In this document: one piece after another, positions 42,601 to 57,665 of the stretch | Numbering within the stretch: position 1 is the stretch's first letter | Layout: the number at the start of each line of letters is the position of its first letter | DNA from: Eledone cirrhosa | Taxonomy: Eukaryota | DNA length: 64,000 nt | Direction: 5' to 3' | Assembly (NCBI GenBank): GCA_964016885.1 | Contig: OZ024749.1 | Location: 47,616,001 to 47,680,000, forward strand | Translations under genes and position numbers: made by a program | The notes under the pieces: model-generated | What the model was told of the DNA's origin: nothing | Seen by the model: the letters and a program-made list of their open reading frames with translations, nothing else | Databases searched by the model: none

Positions 42601-43299
42601 ACAAAATTTAAAACAAAGCAATTATTCCCGAAGAAATAATAAATCAACAACCACATGACATTCACCATTGCTGTTTCTTAATTCATTTATCCTCCATTAA
42701 TATTCCTATTCATATTACACTCGTCCATTTATTATTTTTCCATATCAATCTGCAGTTGCCTCTTCCCTCTTATAATCTATTTGTATATTTTTTACTATCG
42801 TTTTTAGCATCCAGTTTTTAAGACGTGTATTATTTCTTCTCCCATCACATTTCGAGATGTGTTTTATTTTACATGCTATTGCTTTATTTACATAAATAAA
42901 TGCATACCGATATACGATATGCACATATGCTCACTTAAAAATATATACAATCATACACACAATATAAACAATACATTACAACTAGACTTGCAAGCATTGC
43001 CAAAAATAGACAAAACATCGGGGTGAACATTTTGCTATATTATTTCTGCCTTCATCTCTTGAGTTCAAATTGAAGTGCTGTTGAAATAAGCATAGGAATA
43101 TTTTGCCCATTATTGGGGGCTCGATATATCTGAATTTGGCTGTACCTACTGAATAATGCACGCATTTTACAAATGATGTCTCCATCGAGCAAACTAGAAT
43201 TATAATATTTAAAATCTCCATCATAGACGAACATTTAGATATAGATTAGATTATGTACTTCAATGCTTGAACCAATACAATAAATGTTAATAGACAGTT

Positions 43300-43333
<34 letters not shown>

Positions 43334-44890
43334 TTATATATACGCGTTATCGACTTTTACTCTGGGATCAACATGCTAACCTCTAATGACGTCATCTTAC
43401 TCTCTACATTGCGATCTATTATATGTGAAATCTGACATCACATAACAGATTAAATAATTTACATTCAACAATTCAATGAGTTTCATCCAATTTTTAATTG
43501 GGACGATGTTCCATTCTCTTATGTGATTTTGAGGTATCTGCTATATGTATATGTGGACAGATCCCGCAATTTGTAAACAACTATGATATTACTATTGGTG
43601 TATTTGAACGCTTTACATGCACTTGTCATCTTTATTATATCTGAATATATTTACAAATATGTTGATAGGTGATAAATACTCTATTAACTTTAATATCTAC
43701 CAATGTAAATGTTACATCTGTCGGTTGCGAGGGTTATTCCCACATGCTGAGAAAATGTGTCCTTTATCGGTAGCTATTGTTTTCATATGTATTGTTTATT
43801 ACGGGGGAGGTGTCTTTGTCTGTGAATGATGTATTTCTACATCAAAATCTGGCTACCGCAGAGCATGCAGATGGCGTGATCCTCAAATTTAGTATTTTCA
43901 TATTATGAAACACAAGAGGCTATAACTTAAAATAATTAATAGAAATAAATTTTAATTCATGTGTTACTGATTTAGTCTTTGATTAACATTTGTGTATGGC
44001 TAATGCATAAGTGTAGTGATGCTATTGATTTGAGGAAATTGGTTTGGAAGATTCATTGTGTGTTTCAGTTTCTACTATCTTATAATGAAAGAAAAATATG
44101 GACGAAAAGATTTTGTGTGAAAATGGATTTCTGTCCCTTCATGCTTAAGATATATAATACTACTCGATACAATACATGAGCAATATAACTCCAAGAGTGA
44201 AAGCCTTAAAGACAGAATATATAACATAGTATAAGTTACACATATCACTTTGAAAAGACGACAGTGTAGCGTGCAAGTCTCTCTGCAAAGCACAATTTCT
44301 TAACTCAGGATATTGAGTACTGCTCCTCATGCGTCTCCATAACCGATGGTGATATATACACACACCCACACACTCACGCAGTCTCTCACGCACGCACACA
44401 CATACACACACATATGTATATATATATAGACAGATATATAGATAGTTAGATAGCTAGATAGATATATATATATAGATATATAGATAACATAACAACAGAG
44501 GAAAATTGCAACACACATAAATCACACATCAGCTATATAAAAAAAAAGTACCAGCCTTCCTTTTACAAACAAGCCTCCATTTTTTCGTCTCATTTCTGTC
44601 TTCAGTGTTTATTCATCAATCATAACAATAGAAAATGTAGCATCGAAAAAAGATGAGAATTACCACAAAACGAAAAACAATATGAATATGAAGAAAAAAA
44701 GATGTTAGCTAAATCGAATGAAAAAGCAGAAAAGAAAAGAAAACGAGGAGAAAAGAAAAAAAAAACAAGAAGTGAGCAGCAACAAGAATAATAAATATCT
44801 GAAGATATACCATAGATATTTAGAAGCTGAATTAGGAAAAAAACAATATAGCCAAGTAAAACATCGAAACTTCATGAGAAATAAAAAACG

Positions 44891-44974
<84 letters not shown>

Positions 44975-44995
44975 TACACATATATATATATATAC

Positions 44996-45050
<55 letters not shown>

Positions 45051-45235
45051 AATACATATATATATTGTGTAAGTTTGTGTGTGTGTGAATAGACACAAAA
45101 AATAAGATACTGGTTATATTTTTGTTCCTCGTCGAAATCGAATCGTTCATAAGGGGATATATATGGAAAATATAGAATAGGAATGGTATTCACGCAAGTC
45201 TATGATGGAGATACACGGTACACAAGCATAGGCAA

Positions 45236-45312
<77 letters not shown>

Positions 45313-45318
<6 letters not shown>

Positions 45319-46769
45319 ATTAAATAAATGGAAACTATATTTATAAAACCATATTTATTTCATTATATATATTTCAGGGATATCATATTAACAATATGCT
45401 ATGCCTTCCTCAGACAAAATAAAATATAAACAGTTTTATAGATAAATAGATTCGACATACCGTAACAACATCGACTTGTATTTGAAAAGGTTGATTTGGC
45501 AGTGAAAAAATTGTACACAGAGAGAAAGAAAGAGAGAAAAAAAGAGAGAAAAAAGGAAAGAAAGACAGAAAACGAAGAAAAAGAAGAAAAAGAAGAAATG
45601 CATGGAACAAAATAGAGAGATGGAAAGATCGATAAAGAGAAGAACTTCATGTAAAGAAACAGAGAGATATATATATATATATATATAGAGAGAGAGGAAA
45701 TAGAGATAGATACATATATATAGAAAACTAGGTAGTGGGACGTCTGTTGGGTAAACGTATCAATGATACATTTATTTATTTATTTATTTATTTAGCTCTA
45801 GTATTAATGTAAGGGAGATATATGGAGAGAAACCAGCAGTATATATATAGAGAAAAAATATAGAGAGAGAAAAAAATATAGAGAGAGAAAAAATTTAAAA
45901 ATACCAGACATAGGCAAGGCGTAAAAACCCTATGTTTTAATGTAGAGGTATTAGTATTTATAAAAACCAGCCACTATATTGTAAATATCAGTATTCCGGA
46001 ATGAGACATGTATCCATAATGTGTGAAAATTAATGATCTTATGTTTAGTTTTTTAAAAAAATTCATATGTTTATGTGATAACTACAAACATCTATGTGAA
46101 TTTACATGATCAACTCTGCAAACCCTAACTTCACGGAAAAGATTCTCATTGTGGTATAAACATTTAAGTATACATATATGTGTATATATATACACACAAA
46201 TATATATAGAGTCAATATTACTATTCCTGTCTTTACTCTACAAGATTATCTATCAAGCAGAAATAGAGAGCAGATTTCAATATACTAATAAAAATATATA
46301 TCAGAAACAAAACTAAAAAATAACAATAATAATAATAAGTAATAATAAAATAGAAAACTAAAAAAATATTACGAAAGAATATTACATATTAAAAATATTA
46401 CATATTAAAAAATTTACATATTAAAAATATTAAAAATAAAAATATTATAAAATACTACAATAATAAAAATAAAAATAAAAATAAACCACAAAGATCAACC
46501 CTTCAAAATTAATTGACAATATATTGCCAAGTTCATTATAAGCATCAGAGTCGAAAAACAGATAAAGCCAAAAATTATCTATCAAATCGCATCTAGCAAA
46601 GATCATTTCAAAAAGTTTAGGATGCCCATTTGGTCTACATGTGTTCTTATATTTAATATAGAAGTTTATCTAGTGTAACGTTTATTCGAAATATTTGGAG
46701 CATCAACTTTTAGGGTAGCTTAATTTTTCATGAAGAGTGTTTAAATAAAAATAAAATAAAAATAAAAAG
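45313..46769 (-). repeat. Left (inverted, tail-less) pseudo-LTR, about 1.46 kb
   Basis: Near-identical reverse complement of 48504-49974 with scattered substitutions. Confidence 0.95.
45356..45421 (-). ncRNA. Hammerhead, family A (left pseudo-LTR)
   Basis: Reverse complement of 49866-49931. Confidence 0.75.
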
Positions 46770-46800
46770 TTAGATTGATCTAGATTGATCTAGATCTAGA

Positions 46801-48436
46801 TTGCCAGTTAGATTGATCGCACCATCAAAATCGGACCTGGGCAAATTAAGCAAAAACATTCTTGACAGGGTGATACAGCAAATTAAGAACTTGGATTGTT
46901 TATCTAACCTGAGCTTGTGGAAGGGAACTGGAGAGGTTGTTGAGTGGTTTAAGCAAATTAAATATAACAATAATAATAAGTTTATTCAACTTGATATAGC
47001 TAACTATTATTCTTCTATTACCCCTAATCTACTAAATAAGGCACTAAATTACGCATTCAAACATACTGACCTAACTAGCAATGAAATGCATATTATATTA
47101 TCGGCTAGGAAAACTTTGATAGAATTTAATGACCAACTATGGACCAGAGCAGATAGAGATAGCAATTTTGACATTACTATGGGATCATCCGACTCAGCTC
47201 AGGTAACTGACCTTGTGGGCTTATTTTTAATCAATTCGCTACATAGGAAAATACCTGGTACTACCGGAGGTTTATATAGAGATGACATGCTTTTACTTAT
47301 TGATAATAATAACTCTGAACTAAATAGAAAATGTAAACAAATTACACAATTTTTTAATTACTTTAATCTTAAAATAGAAATTGAGAACAACCATAGAATA
47401 GTCAATTTCCTAGATATAACATTAAATCTCAAAACATGTCTTCACTATCCTTTTCACAAGTTGAATGAAAACTTAAACTATGTCAACTTTAACTCTAACC
47501 ACCCCAGATCTGTCAAAAACACTATAGTAAACTCTGTTCAAAAACGTATCTCTAGGATCTCGTCGAATAGAAAGATTTTCGACGAAAAAGCCCAATACTA
47601 CAATGAAGCATTAGCTAGAGCAGGATATGCTGATAAGATTGTGTACATAGATAATGATAGACAAACTAAACAAAATAACAACTATTGTAATTACGGCAAC
47701 AACCTTAACAACTATAATAGAAAGCATTACAATAATTCCAAAGGCCAAAAAAGAAATAGAACTAGGAACATAATTTGGTTCGCCCCCCCCTTTCTCACTA
47801 AACATTAAAACCCACATCGCTAAACTATTTTTTAAAGCTCTTGATAATCGCTTCCCTAGAACACATAGGTATCACTCAATTTTCAATAGACATACAATAA
47901 AATTAACCTACTCATCCACCAAAAATTTAGCACAAAATATTAATAGAATAAATAATAGGAACTTAAAACCTAGTGATAATAGCATAAATAATATCCAAGT
48001 TAACAAATGTAACTGTAGAGATAGATCTAAATGTCCGTTAAATAACAACTGCTTAGTTAAAAATATAGTATACAATTGTAATGTTAATACTGACTCTAAT
48101 TCTTTTAACTACGTCGGTTCCACATCGACGGAATTTAAACTTCGCTATAATAACCACAAGAATTCTTTCACAGATCCAAGCAAAAAATCCTCAACGGCAC
48201 TATCAGGCGTACTCTGGCAACTTAAGCTAGATAACGTTAGATATTCGACGGCTTGGAATATAGTCTCAAGAGGGATTCCTTTTAATTCATCCTCTGAGAC
48301 ATGTGACCTCTGCGCAGAGGAGATATTCTTTATACTAAAATCTAAAAATTCCCTTAATCTACGGACAAATTTATTCAGTTGCTGCAAACATAGATTAAAC
48401 TCAACGTTTAAATATAAATTTAAATTTAAAATGTAG
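46801..48436 (+). pseudogene. PLE reverse transcriptase-GIY-YIG polyprotein, N-terminally truncated, one +1 frameshift in the C8 run at 47783-47790
   Basis: RLIAPSKSDLGK, FIQLDIANYYSSI, TMGSSDSAQVTDLVG, GLYRDDML, NFLDITL. Removing one C gives WFAPPFSLNIKT...IFNRHTIKLTYS...CNCRDRSKCPLNNNC..IVY...YVGSTSTEFKLRYNNH...CDLC...CCKH, stop at 48434-48436. Confidence 0.93.
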
Positions 48437-48503
48437 TATATTTAGCTTGATTTATAATTATATGGGAAACTAGCCGATAAATCTTTGATTCCTTCTTTTT
48501 ATT

Positions 48504-50061
48504 CTTTTTATTTTTATTTTATTTTTATTTAAACATTCTTCATGAAAAATTAAGCTACCCTAAACGTTGATGCTCCAAATATTTCGAATAAACGTTACAC
48601 TAGATAAACTTCTATATTAAATATAAGAACACATGTAGACCAAATGGGCATCCTAAACTTTTTGAAATGATCTTTGCTAGATGCGATTTGATAGATAATT
48701 TTTGGCTTTATCTGTTTTTCGACTCTGATGCTTATAATGAACTTGGCAATATGTTGTCAATTAATTTTGAAGGGTTGATCTTTGTGGTTTATTTATATTT
48801 TTATTTTTATTTTTATTATTGTAGTATTTTCTAATATTTTTATTTTTAATATTTTTAATATGTAAATTTTTTAATATGTAATATTTTTAATATGTAATAT
48901 TCTTTCGTAATATTTTTTAATTTTCTATTTTATTATTACTTATTATTATTATTGTTATTTTTTAGTTTTGTTTCTGATATATGTTTTTATTAGTATATTG
49001 AAATCTGCTCTCTATTTCTGCTTGATAGATAATCTTGTAGAGTAAAGACAGGAATAGTAATATTGACTCTATATATATTTGTGTGTATATATATACACAT
49101 ATATGTATACTTAAATTGTTATACCACAATGAGAATGTTTTCCGTGAACTTAGGGTTTGCAGAGTTGATCATGTAAATTCACATAGATGTTTGTAGTTAT
49201 CACATAAACATATGAATTTTTTTAAAAAACTAAACATAAGATCATTAATTTTCACACATTATGGATACATGTCTCATTCAGGAATACTGATATTTACAAT
49301 ATAGTGGCTGGTTTTTATAAATACTAATACCTCTACATTAAAACATAGGGTTTTTACGCCTTGCCTATGTCTGGTATTTTTAAATTTTTTCTCTCTCTAT
49401 ATTTTTTTCTCTCTATATATTTTTTCTCTCTCTATATAACAGCTGGTTTCTCTCCATATATCTCCCTTACATTAATACTAGAGCTAAATAAATAAATAAA
49501 TAAATAAATGTATCATTGATACGTTTACCCAACAGACGTCCCACTACCTAGTTTTCTATATATATGTATCTATCTCTATTTCCTCTCTCTCTCTATATAT
49601 ATATATATATATCTGTTTCTTTACATGAAGTTCTTCTCTTTATCTATCTTTCCATCTCTCTATTTTGTTCCATGCATTTCTTCTTTTTCTTCTTTTTCTT
49701 CGTTTTCTGTCTTTCTTTCATTTTTTCTCTCTTTTTTTCTCTCTTTTTTTCTCTCTTTCTTTCTCTCTGTGTACAATTTTTTCACTGCCAAATCAACCTT
49801 TTCAAATACAAGTCGATGTTGTTACGGTATGTCGAATCTATTTATCTATAAAACTGTTTATATTGTATTTTGTCTGAGGAAGGCATAGCATATTGTTAAT
49901 ATGATATCCCTGAAATATATATAATGAAATAAATATGGTTTTATAAATATAGTTTCCATTTATTTAATATTGTAAATATACTCCAAATACTTGTCAAGTG
50001 CTTTTATATCAGTTATAAATATTTACTAGTTGTAACCCAACAATTTAAATATAACTTTCCA
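48504..50061 (+). repeat. Right pseudo-LTR/3'UTR with tail
   Basis: Partner of the left arm; the last 87 nt or so are unique to this arm. Confidence 0.95.
49866..49931 (+). ncRNA. Type I hammerhead, family A (core CUGAGGA), in the PLE 3' pseudo-LTR, sense to the RT
   Basis: tattttgt CTGAGGA agg c ata g catatt gtt aatatg a tat c cct GAAA tatata TA atgaaata. Confidence 0.78.
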
Positions 50062-50589
50062 TATATATATATATATATACGTGTATAGGGCTGCCAACAT
50101 GCTGAAAGAAACAGATTGTAAGGGTTTTGTTGGATTTATCTATAAGAACAGTTGCAATAAGAATATTATACAATAATCAAATTATCTTAGTTTGTGATAC
50201 TGCCAAGAGAAGTTTTCTCATCCTAGAGACATTATGTCTATTTTGATATCAGAATAGGAAACAAAAAGCAGAAAAACTGACAAACTACAACACGTTGAAG
50301 TACGATACTCACCACTGGAAGATGCAACAACTCACAATTCCACCTATTGCTATTTGTTTTACTTCATCCTTTGGAAGAGGGGTAAAGTGTAAAGAAAGTC
50401 GAAATGTACGAACCAGAAGCATTAGAAAATGAACAAGCACATATCAAATTGAATGCACATGATATATAAGACTACACTTTATTGTCGGCTATCAATGCAT
50501 TTTACAAGATAATAAGCGTTTAATTGAGATAATCTAGTAGTAGTAGTAGTAGTAGTAGTAGTAATAGTAGTAGTAGTAGTAGTAGTAAA

Positions 50590-51012
50590 GATTTCTGATT
50601 TAGGCACCAGCGTGCAATTTTAGGGGAGGTGAAATGCGATCCAAACGATGCCGGTGCGATACTGCTAGTTTAAATCGTTGACAGCATAAGGATGAAAGAG
50701 CAAAGCTAACATCTGCGTAATTTGAACTCAGGACGTAAAGGGCTGTAATTCTATGACGTAAAGCATATCGTCCAACGCACTACTGATATTGCCCATCCGC
50801 CTTTAAGTAGTTGGTATAATAATATCGGTTTCTGACTTAGGCACAAGTCCAGGAATTTTAGCTAACGGGAGAGACGTTAAAACCCACCGCAGTGCTAGGA
50901 AGTTACTTCAATTTATCGAAAGTGAAAATTAACTACCGCAAAATTTGAACTCAAGATAGAAAGGGCCGTGATTTAATGTCGTCCGACGCCCAACCGATAT
51001 TGGCAATCCAGC
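50590..51012 (-). mobile_element. Two old diverged SINE copies (50590-50802, 50826-51012)
   Basis: tttct.a.ttaggcac...tttgaactca...gtcc.acgc...gatattg.c.atcc. Confidence 0.75.
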
Positions 51013-51646
51013 ACATTAAATATTATGAGGCATCATACACCAACATGTTCTGATTAGAGATATGTAAAACAATAGATGTGTAAATCCAATTAATATCTGC
51101 TATACAATAAATCGCTGTATGATGTCAGAAACACAGATAATAGTGGTTTTCAATAATTAGACCAGGAACATGTTCAGGTATTACCATGATTTAGCCGTTA
51201 TATCGACACAACATGTAAGAAATGGCATTGTTTTTATTGTCGTCGGAATTGTAATGTACGTAAAACAACGTCCATATGCAGTTCAATTCATTGATGAGAT
51301 GCAAATAGTATATATAATCAAATCATTTGACCACAGAAAAAATCATATTTATTTCAAGATTTTGTTTATATGATCATAGTGTATATATCAAATGATTCTG
51401 AAAATGTTGTATTCATCAAGTTTTTCAAGTTTTTCTTTCACACGCAAAAGCTACTATTATTTCATAGCTTTTCATAATATTTACATTTGTCTGCATTTTC
51501 TTGCTTTTCCTTGCACTCATCAATCATATGTTTTCCTAACGGGGTATGTTTTTGATATAGCATCCGTTATCTGCACCTATCTAGATAATGTCTACTTAGC
51601 ACACGAGGTCAAGTAGAAATAAACACGTAGTCTGTCCCCTTCTCAA

Positions 51647-51702
<56 letters not shown>

Positions 51703-51723
51703 ATGTGTTTCTGTATGTATATG

Positions 51724-51803
<80 letters not shown>

Positions 51804-52122
51804 GTAGGAGCTGAGTTTTATTGTAGTATCGAGATATCGGATAGGTAGCACTCTACAGTTTGTAGGACTGGAGTATAAATAATATATAAGATCTCCTCCT
51901 CTTTTTCATGCTTCCCACCCACCCCCACCCTCATTTTTTTCCCAATATCACACTTCAAACTAAAACTACTTTTCATATGTTGATTTAAAATTGCTCTATT
52001 CACAATTGTTTTTTAAATTTCATATGATGTATCCCCATTTCAACTGACGAAAACGCAAATGTCATCGCATGATGATATTTGTTTTTGAAATGCGCATAAT
52101 AAAATACATGGAACTCTTTGAG

Positions 52123-52204
<82 letters not shown>

Positions 52205-52285
52205 TATATAGATATATATGTATAGATATATGTATATATAAAGAAAGAGGAATTGAGAGAGAGACAGATAGAGTGAGAGAGAGAG

Positions 52286-52347
<62 letters not shown>

Positions 52348-52653
52348 GGGATATATAAGTGGTTGTGTGTGTGCGTATGTATATATATATGGGTGTATAT
52401 ATATGTATGTATATATATGTGTCCGTGTCACCGCGTCTAATTGATATTCAATCCGGCATTTGTTCCAATATAGGCCCACTTAACCCCACTACCCACCCCT
52501 TTGTCCTCATCCAGAAAAAGCACTTTAAATATCTGAATATTTATTACGTAGCATTAGGAATATTTGTTATTATCTTTAACCCTTTTCTATATCACCATGT
52601 ACATTGGAAAGACTGACCGAATAGTAGGACATAGCTTTTAATATTATATCACT

Positions 52654-52871
52654 AGTGGATTGCCAGTATTGGTAGAGGGCCGGACGCCATGCTTTGCAAC
52701 ATAGAGATACGGCCCTTTATTATCTGAGTTCAAATCCCGCCCAGGTTAACTTTGCCTTTCATCTTTACGGAGTCGATAAAATAAAGCACCAGTAACGTAA
52801 TGTGGTTGATTTAGTCGACCTTCTCCTCACCCCGGATTCCTGACCTTGTACTTATACTAGAAATAGAAATC
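52654..52871 (+). mobile_element. SINE, subfamily with a longer 3' part
   Basis: Consensus head and body, then tgtggttgatttagtcgacc...cctgaccttgtac. Confidence 0.85.
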
Positions 52872-52912
52872 ATTAAACATATATACACATATAAATGTAT
52901 ATATATATATAT

Positions 52913-52951
<39 letters not shown>

Positions 52952-54154
52952 ACGCGAATATACAGATCCTCATCGTCAAAGTAGTTAACATTAGTCTAAC
53001 ATACATTTGAAATGCATAATACGTTGAACGATCATTACGATACGATTTACATATGTAAAGATTGCAACTTCAAAGCGACGTTGTTCGTGGAAGATGCAAT
53101 TTGTTAAATATGTATTGAAATAGGGTTATTTATTTTGCATGGCATCTAGGTGGTTTAAGCGTACAGAAAGCAAGAAGTGCCTCATACGTTGTAGGAGGGT
53201 CAGGGAAGAGCGGAAGCAAAAATAACAAAGATATAACAAAATATATATTTGTTTTTCACTATCGCTCTAGTCTTTGCGTAGGCTGGCATTACTACTTCGC
53301 AGATGCTTAATATCATATTACGAAAATAGAAAAGTAATATATGTGCATAGAAAAACCCTGGGCAGTGAGGGAAATTCGTGCACGATACATCGGTGCACAT
53401 GTACACGGAAATATGTGCACATATATACATAGACTGATATATACACAGAAACAGGCGGGTAGTACTTCAACGGACATGAGATTATAATCATCGGCAATAA
53501 CTATCACGACAATTTAACTCTTAAAATTACTCTATAAATATACAGAATCATCGCACATTACCATACTCTTGAGCAACGTTTGATTACCAACACAGACATA
53601 AACTATAGCATGACATCGAGTCTCCCGCTTGTAAACACCATTTTCGTGATAATCGATATTCCAAGTGCATAAATAATTGAATAAACAGAAATATATAAAA
53701 ATAAATACATAAATTCATGAACGTTTTATTGCCATCCAAATGCATTCATGTGCATGTATTTAAGACAATGAATGTAATTTTATGGCAAAGCCATAGCAGT
53801 GATTTTAACTTTAGAATTTATAATTTACAGTTACCGTTAAGATCGGAAATTTATTTTTGCGCTTTTTCTATGATTATTCACTAATCAATCCTTTTGCAAC
53901 CGAGTCATTAAAAACAACTACAATTAAATTTTCGAACAATAGCTGGTTTCTAATATAATTCAACATGTGGCAAAGAGTTAATTTCTCTATTGCGATCTTA
54001 CTGGTTTGTGTAGACATGTTACATTTCGATAAAGCAGGACATAATTACAAAATATTACTATTACTTTTACGACTATGTCGGCCCTTGTGGCCAATACAAC
54101 TATTACTACTACTACTACTACCACAAACTACTACTACTACGACAAATATTATTA

Positions 54155-54337
54155 ATAGTTGTTTCTACTTTAGGCATAAGGCCAGCAATCACCCAGTGCA
54201 TTACTGGTACTTTATTTTATCGACCCCTTAAGTATGAAAGGCAACCTCGGCGGGATTTGAACTCAGATCGTAAAGGGACGTAACTATGCTGGAAAGCATG
54301 GCGTCCGACCCTCTATCGATACTGCCAATCCACCGCC
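54155..54337 (-). mobile_element. SINE (main family)
   Basis: Consensus match. Confidence 0.92.
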
Positions 54338-56828
54338 TGCATAATAATAATATTAAAATAATGGCTGAGAAAACTTCTATTTATGTCTTGCCATTCAATT
54401 TTAAACTACATTTATAGTAATATGACCAATGTCTATCGTACTTTTGAGTCATCATATCATTTTACGAAGGAATTGACTAAATACGAGTGAGCTCTGCCAT
54501 ATGTAAATATCGAAAACTCGAAATATATGTGAATGGCTTCTTTGGAGTTTCGTTAGAAGTGACACACTCAATGTAAGAAATATTTCAAACGCATATGTAT
54601 GATTTTATAAATGGAGACAGTAAGGCGCATAGCGTATTGGTGAGATCTTTAGATGAATAACATTAATAAACTGTAACTGAATCTCCCTGAATATTACGTG
54701 AATAATATACGTGGTTGTGGAGCAACCAGTCCCCCGTGTATGAACTCATGATTAAGCCTTTCCGTTTTGTGTCGTATGAAATAGGAAATCATTTGTATAT
54801 AATTTATACTTACATAAATCATTTTACATATATTTCGTTTATGAATTGTTATAGAATGCACGTATCTAATCAGATTGGAACCTTCGTCTTTATGATTTAC
54901 AATTAAAATGGAGGTGATGACAAACAAAACTGATTTTTGCAAATGCAATACATAATATTAAGCTTTACATGAATTCGAATGTTCACTCAATGCTCTAAAT
55001 TAATTAGAAAATAAATAATTCTGCAACATCATTTTACGTTAGAATGCTTCCATTATTCTGATAAATAATGCGGGAAGTAATATGATATGTCAGATAAAGA
55101 ATATATAACATTATATAAAATAATACATATAACAATTTAAACATGAATCCTTGCGTATAATTAATAGATTTATTTATAGTGAGTTCATTATTATTGTTTC
55201 CTAGGTTAATCTAATAGGCAAAAATAATAATTCTTAAAATGAATATATCAACATTATTAAATCTCTATGGAGATGTTCACAGAGTAACATGGCGTTTCTG
55301 AAGACATTAATATTTATTACACCTTAAGACATGTGCATGTTGAGCATCAATTATGTATAACTATTATTTGGATATGTTGAGCACCACCGCATGATTAGTA
55401 CAACGCACCTTTTCACATTAGTGACAAACATCATAGGATTATGTAAACTGATTTGTTGACGGTGTCTGTTATTGAACCCACATCTCAAGTAGACATCTAG
55501 CGTATTAATTCGAGATGAAGCGATACATATAATTTAAACACAGTATGCAGCCTCACTATAACCAGACCACCCAAATGATACCCTATTATCTTTCACATTT
55601 GCTGCTAAAAGAAAGCATCATAAACTCACTTTGTTGTATTTGATATCACTGAGAATGAAAATTAGATATAATCAATGAAGACATATTTCAAAGTTAGTGT
55701 TGCTATTTATTCAAGTTACGTTCAATTGATCTCCAGGTTATCATTATAAACGTGGAGGATAATATGATAAATATTAGAATTCATCATAACTGCTATTCAT
55801 GTTCAACTCTGTTACCCCTATTATCATTATCCTAATCATCATCATCCAAAAATTAACATCGGCAAATAAATCAGGTAAATAACCGTTGTCAAAAACTATA
55901 CATCACCACAACCAACATCTTCATCAACAGTATTATCAACAACAAAAGCAATGCCCCAACGAACACCCCGCAATCAATATAATGCCTCACGTAGATTAAC
56001 TCATTAACATCGTATAACTAAATATAACATATTATCTATGAATTCCACAATGAAAACAACGTTACACATAACATATACGAAATTTTATAAGGCAAGCAGA
56101 ACTTGTATGATAACATATATTTTGTGAGGATAAAAGACTGGACCTTTTTTTTCAATTACTGACTCTATTGTCAAGGTAATATTGCACTGTATTAGTCTAT
56201 AACATTGTCATTGTCTGTTGGTTCATCTTGCTAGTTTAGTTGAGTAGTAAATGATATTACTATAAACGATTATTCCTAGAACGCCTACGGTTTCACATTA
56301 TTTTCGTTATAATTCAGAATGGATATTAACTATTCATTTATGAATCTTCTCTTTTCTAGCTTTTTATTTATATTTGTATATTTTTTAAACTATTGAAGAC
56401 ATTAATTCTTAATTATTTTTAATTCTTTAATTTTTGTAATGAGAATAATACCCTCTTTAAGATTAAATTGTACTCGTTTTTCATTAAATAATATTTCAAT
56501 TCATTTACAAACTCCTTATAGTGTATGACAAAATCTACCTCTAGTTAAAGCATCCAACACACACAGATTATTTTACGGTTATATCTGGTTAAAAAGGTAC
56601 CTCTAAAGAAATTGAACTGTATTCATTTATCAGAAAATTGTAACATTAGCAGAGGTCGGAGTTTACAAGTGGGTGATTGGTTTATGAGGTGGGATGAGCT
56701 GGATAGGTAAATTTGTCCTTTGTGGGTGTGCCGTTGTGTAAGTGGCAAGACAGTTTCCGCATTTATATGGTATGAGAAGCATCATGTGAGTGTGTGATTT
56801 GTTGCGCAGAGCTACATATTCTCTCTCC

Positions 56829-56907
<79 letters not shown>

Positions 56908-56974
56908 TATATAAGGAGGAGGTTATATATATATATATTTCTCTCTCCTATGTCTATCTCTCTCTATCTATCTA

Positions 56975-57007
<33 letters not shown>

Positions 57008-57665
57008 CTCTCTTTCACTATCTTTCTTTCTCTCTCTCTCTATCTCTCTCTTTCTCTCTTTCTCTCTCTCTCTCTCTTTCCCCATCACACTCTCGGTTTA
57101 TATATGTGCACATATATATTTCTGGCGTGCTATCTCCAATATAAAAGTCTTAGTGCCTTTCATATTCCGATTCCCAAAGTGTTAATAGAAGCAACAATTG
57201 CCTCTCTGCTATATGCTAGACATATTTCCTTAGTCTCAGATGTATGAAACTTAACATAAAATCTATGGAAATTTTTATTTTCAACAGTCGCTTTTATCAA
57301 CAATAAAATTGGGTTTGTGTTTTGTCAGTAGATAGGTTATAAATGTTCAGCGTTGGTTTTCCCGTCTGGCAAAGGGTTATATCTTTGAAAGTACAATATT
57401 CTCAATACAGGCATTGTATTTTCTATTTAATCTCCGGCCGTTTTATCCAAAACAATAAATAATAATACATAATTCAAGACATAATAAAAGTTTAAAATTT
57501 GTTCATAAAGAATACATTCCACCTAACCGTGAAATACGCAGGTCTGAGATAAATCACTGAGGTAATGGATTGAATCAACTATATAGAATACCAACATGAA
57601 ACAATGTAGTTGGTCTTCTACAAAAGAATAATTCTCGGTTTTATGATTGTGTGCAATTTTTTAAT

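Larger units (their letters stand above)
45313..50061 (+). mobile_element. Penelope-like retroelement (C-terminal GIY-YIG, Hydra-clade-like), 5'-truncated, with inverted pseudo-LTRs, inserted in (TA)n
   Basis: RT plus GIY-YIG at 46801-48436; 45313-46769 is the reverse complement of 48504-49974; extra 3' tail at 49975-50061; (TA)n flanks. Confidence 0.93.

Noticed and set aside
44795-44885. CTGAAGA...GAAActtcatgag near (TA)n
   Set aside because: There is no UH cleavage site and no convincing stem II.
46801-48436. Naiad-type selenoprotein or programmed frameshift
   Set aside because: The endonuclease is C-terminal and there is no in-frame TGA in the ORF. The break is an extra base in a C8 run, and the related 10.5-kb element reads PPFSLN without a shift.
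45313-50061. DNA transposon, Polinton or DIRS interpretation of the long inverted repeats
   Set aside because: There is no transposase, integrase or tyrosine recombinase. The protein is a PLE RT plus GIY-YIG and the arms are asymmetric because of the tail.
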